Source of the DNA: Candidatus Dormiibacterota bacterium
GTDB taxonomy: Bacteria; Chloroflexota; Dormibacteria; Aeolococcales; Aeolococcaceae
Assembly (NCBI GenBank): GCA_963709585.1
Contig: CAVPXI010000015.1
Coordinates: 1 to 64,000 of the forward strand
Length of the DNA: 64,000 nt
Direction: 5' to 3'
The notes beneath the pieces are model-generated. The model did not search any database. It was not told the DNA's origin and saw nothing but the letters and a program-made list of their open reading frames with translations. The translations under genes were made by a program, and so were the position numbers. Below are positions 62,227 through 64,000 of the stretch, piece after piece; positions within the stretch are counted from its first letter, which is position 1; each line of letters starts with the position of its first letter.

Positions 62227-63530
62227 GGGTCGGCCCGCCGGATGCGGCGCAGCACCAGCAGCGTCGTCGCGGTCAGTCCTGTGTAGACGATCACCAGCAC
62301 GACCAGACCCCAGTACAACCCCGGCGCGGGATTCACCGCGTCCGACGTGCGCATCACCTGGTACACGATCCAGGGCTGCCGCCCCACTTCTGTTGTGATC
62401 CAGCCGCACTCCATCGCAATCACGGCCCCTGGGCCGGCGACGAGAGCAGCACGAAGGAACCACCGGGAACCCGGCGGCCCCCGTCGCCGGATCCAGCGGA
62501 TCAACAGCCAGGCACCAAGCCCGAGAAGGAGAAAACCGATCCCCACCATGGTGTCGAAGGCGAGGTGGATGAGCGTGACCGACTGGGGCCGATCGTCGGC
62601 CGGGACGCTGTCGAGACCGACGACGGTCGCATTGACATCACCCTTCGCGAGGAACGCGAGCACATGAGGCAACACGATGGCGAAGCGCAGTTGCCCGTCG
62701 ATGAAGAGGCCGCCAATGTGCTCGCCGGCTCCAGCCTCGGTGTGTGCAAGCCCCTCCATGGCCGCGAGCTTGATGGGCTGGGTGTCGGCGACCTCGCGTG
62801 CGGCGATGTCACCCACGACGATCTGGGCCGGCGTGATCACGGTTGCGACGATCAGAGGAAGCAAGAGTCCGATCCGGTGGTAGCGGTCATTCCTGCCACG
62901 CAGCCGCGCCGCGGCGTACACGCTGGCGACCAGAAAGCCGGTCACCATGAACGCGGCGAGGATCATGTGCACCGTTTCCACGAAAGTCGCGGGATTGAAC
63001 ATCGCGACCAGTGGCTGAGGATTGGTGACCCGCCCAGCGACGAGTGTGAATCCCTGCGGGTCGTTCATCCACGCATTGGCGGTGACCACGAAGAAAGCGG
63101 ACGCGACGCCGGCCACCGCCACGGGAATGCCACTCGCGAGGTGGCGCATCGGGCTCAGCCGATCCCACGCGTGGAGATAGATCCCGAGAAAGATCGCCTC
63201 GATGAAAAACGCGAATCCTTCGAGCGCGAACGGGAGGCCGAAAACCGCGCCGAACTCGCCCATCAGGCGGGGCCACAGCAGGCCCATCTCGAAGGAAAGA
63301 ATGGTTCCGGAGACGGCACCGACCGCGAAGAGCACACCGGCAACCTTCGCCCAGGTGCGGGCGAGCCGAGCGGCGTCGGCATCCCCGTGGATTCCGCGCC
63401 ACTCAGCGATCAGGATCAGTGCTGGAAATCCGACGCCAAGGCAGGCGAAGATGATGTGCCAGCCGAGCGACAAGCCCATCTGGGCGCGCGCCGCTCCGAG
63501 GTTGGAGGCGGCGTCTCCAAGCAGGCTCAC
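62223..63530 (-). CDS. cydA: Cytochrome bd oxidase subunit I
   Basis: HII, FEMG, ANAWM, KLAAME, EVGRQPW. Confidence 0.94.
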   Translation of the reverse strand: MSLLGDAASNLGAARAQMGLSLGWHIIFACLGVGFPALILIAEWRGIHGDADAARLARTWAKVAGVLFAVGAVSGTILSFEMGLLWPRLMGEFGAVFGLPFALEGFAFFIEAIFLGIYLHAWDRLSPMRHLASGIPVAVAGVASAFFVVTANAWMNDPQGFTLVAGRVTNPQPLVAMFNPATFVETVHMILAAFMVTGFLVASVYAAARLRGRNDRYHRIGLLLPLIVATVITPAQIVVGDIAAREVADTQPIKLAAMEGLAHTEAGAGEHIGGLFIDGQLRFAIVLPHVLAFLAKGDVNATVVGLDSVPADDRPQSVTLIHLAFDTMVGIGFLLLGLGAWLLIRWIRRRGPPGSRWFLRAALVAGPGAVIAMECGWITTEVGRQPWIVYQVMRTSDAVNPAPGLYWGLVVLVIVYTGLTATTLLVLRRIRRADP

Positions 63531-63640
63531 GACTGACCGGGGCGCGCAAGCACGCGCGGTAGCTTACGCTCGCCCGCGCGCCGGGACCCCACCCGTCGTC
63601 ACCCTTGCGCCTGCGGTAGAGAATGCAGGCTACAGGAAAC

Positions 63641-63681
63641 GGCGACCCGCGTTGATGGTGGAACATCCTTCGCGGGTCGCC
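63641..63681. terminator. Inverted repeat upstream of cydA
   Basis: GGCGACCCGCG-n19-CGCGGGTCGCC. Confidence 0.45.
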
Positions 63682-63829
63682 TCCTCGAATCATCCAGGGT
63701 GCGGCGCTTCAGGATCAGTACGGAAGCGAACCGTGGTCGCCGAATGCCGTCCCTTTCGTGTTGATGAGGGTCGCACCCGTACCTCCGTTCCACTAGCACA
63801 GTGGGCGGGACGCTACTTACCGAGACTGC

Positions 63830-64000
63830 TCATCGCACACCGGTCATGCTCTCGCCCCGTGCGGCAAGCGATTTCGATGACGCACTTGCGAGCAGCCGAT
63901 CAACCCGATCGAGCCATGGGCGTGCCCCGAGCGGCTCGAACAGCGCACGCGACTCCAGGGCGAACGTTGCCGCGTCTTCGTGGCGGCCCAGGCGGTCGAG
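63830..64000 (-). CDS. C-terminal end of a TPR-tailed regulator or cyclase (partial)
   Basis: ...SRALFEPLGARPWLDRVD...* resembles the tail of AAA-ATPase/cyclase proteins. Confidence 0.5.
   Translation of the reverse strand, partial: LDRLGRHEDAATFALESRALFEPLGARPWLDRVDRLLASASSKSLAARGESMTGVR

Noticed and set aside
63690-63776. 28-aa minus-strand ORF with GGAGG upstream of cydA
   Set aside because: Not hydrophobic like CydX/CydS, and no other supporting evidence

Overview
A GC-rich (~69% by eye) bacterial window. It looks like a Terrabacteria soil organism (Dormibacterota, Chloroflexota or Actinomycetota-like; this is inference only). Gene content, in order: a branched-chain amino-acid ABC operon; an OmpR/histidine-kinase pair; a SARP-controlled rhodanese/cupin/DUF1059 locus; a nitrilase; an arsenic/metal-resistance cluster; an L,D-transpeptidase; secreted surface proteins; a LuxR-ATPase/DUF4242 pair; many accessory genes; tRNA-Pro(TGG) with two displaced copies of its 3' half; MarP; an osmoprotectant ABC system; two bactofilins; HtrA; an ECF42/YciI locus; lon; cydAB. 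Three signals stand out. (1) An unannotated 18-aa peptide, MDCDCGCDCDGTCDCGCC (8 Cys; phytochelatin/metallothionein-like), has an AGGAGG RBS and heads the ArsR-boxed arsI/CoA-disulfide-reductase operon. (2) A tandem array of small integrase-free cassettes sits at tRNA-Pro, with conserved and identically spaced arm motifs. (3) Many gene disruptions map to GASTC sites (T insertion or C>T), which suggests a DNA-modification-driven long-read error rather than real pseudogenes.
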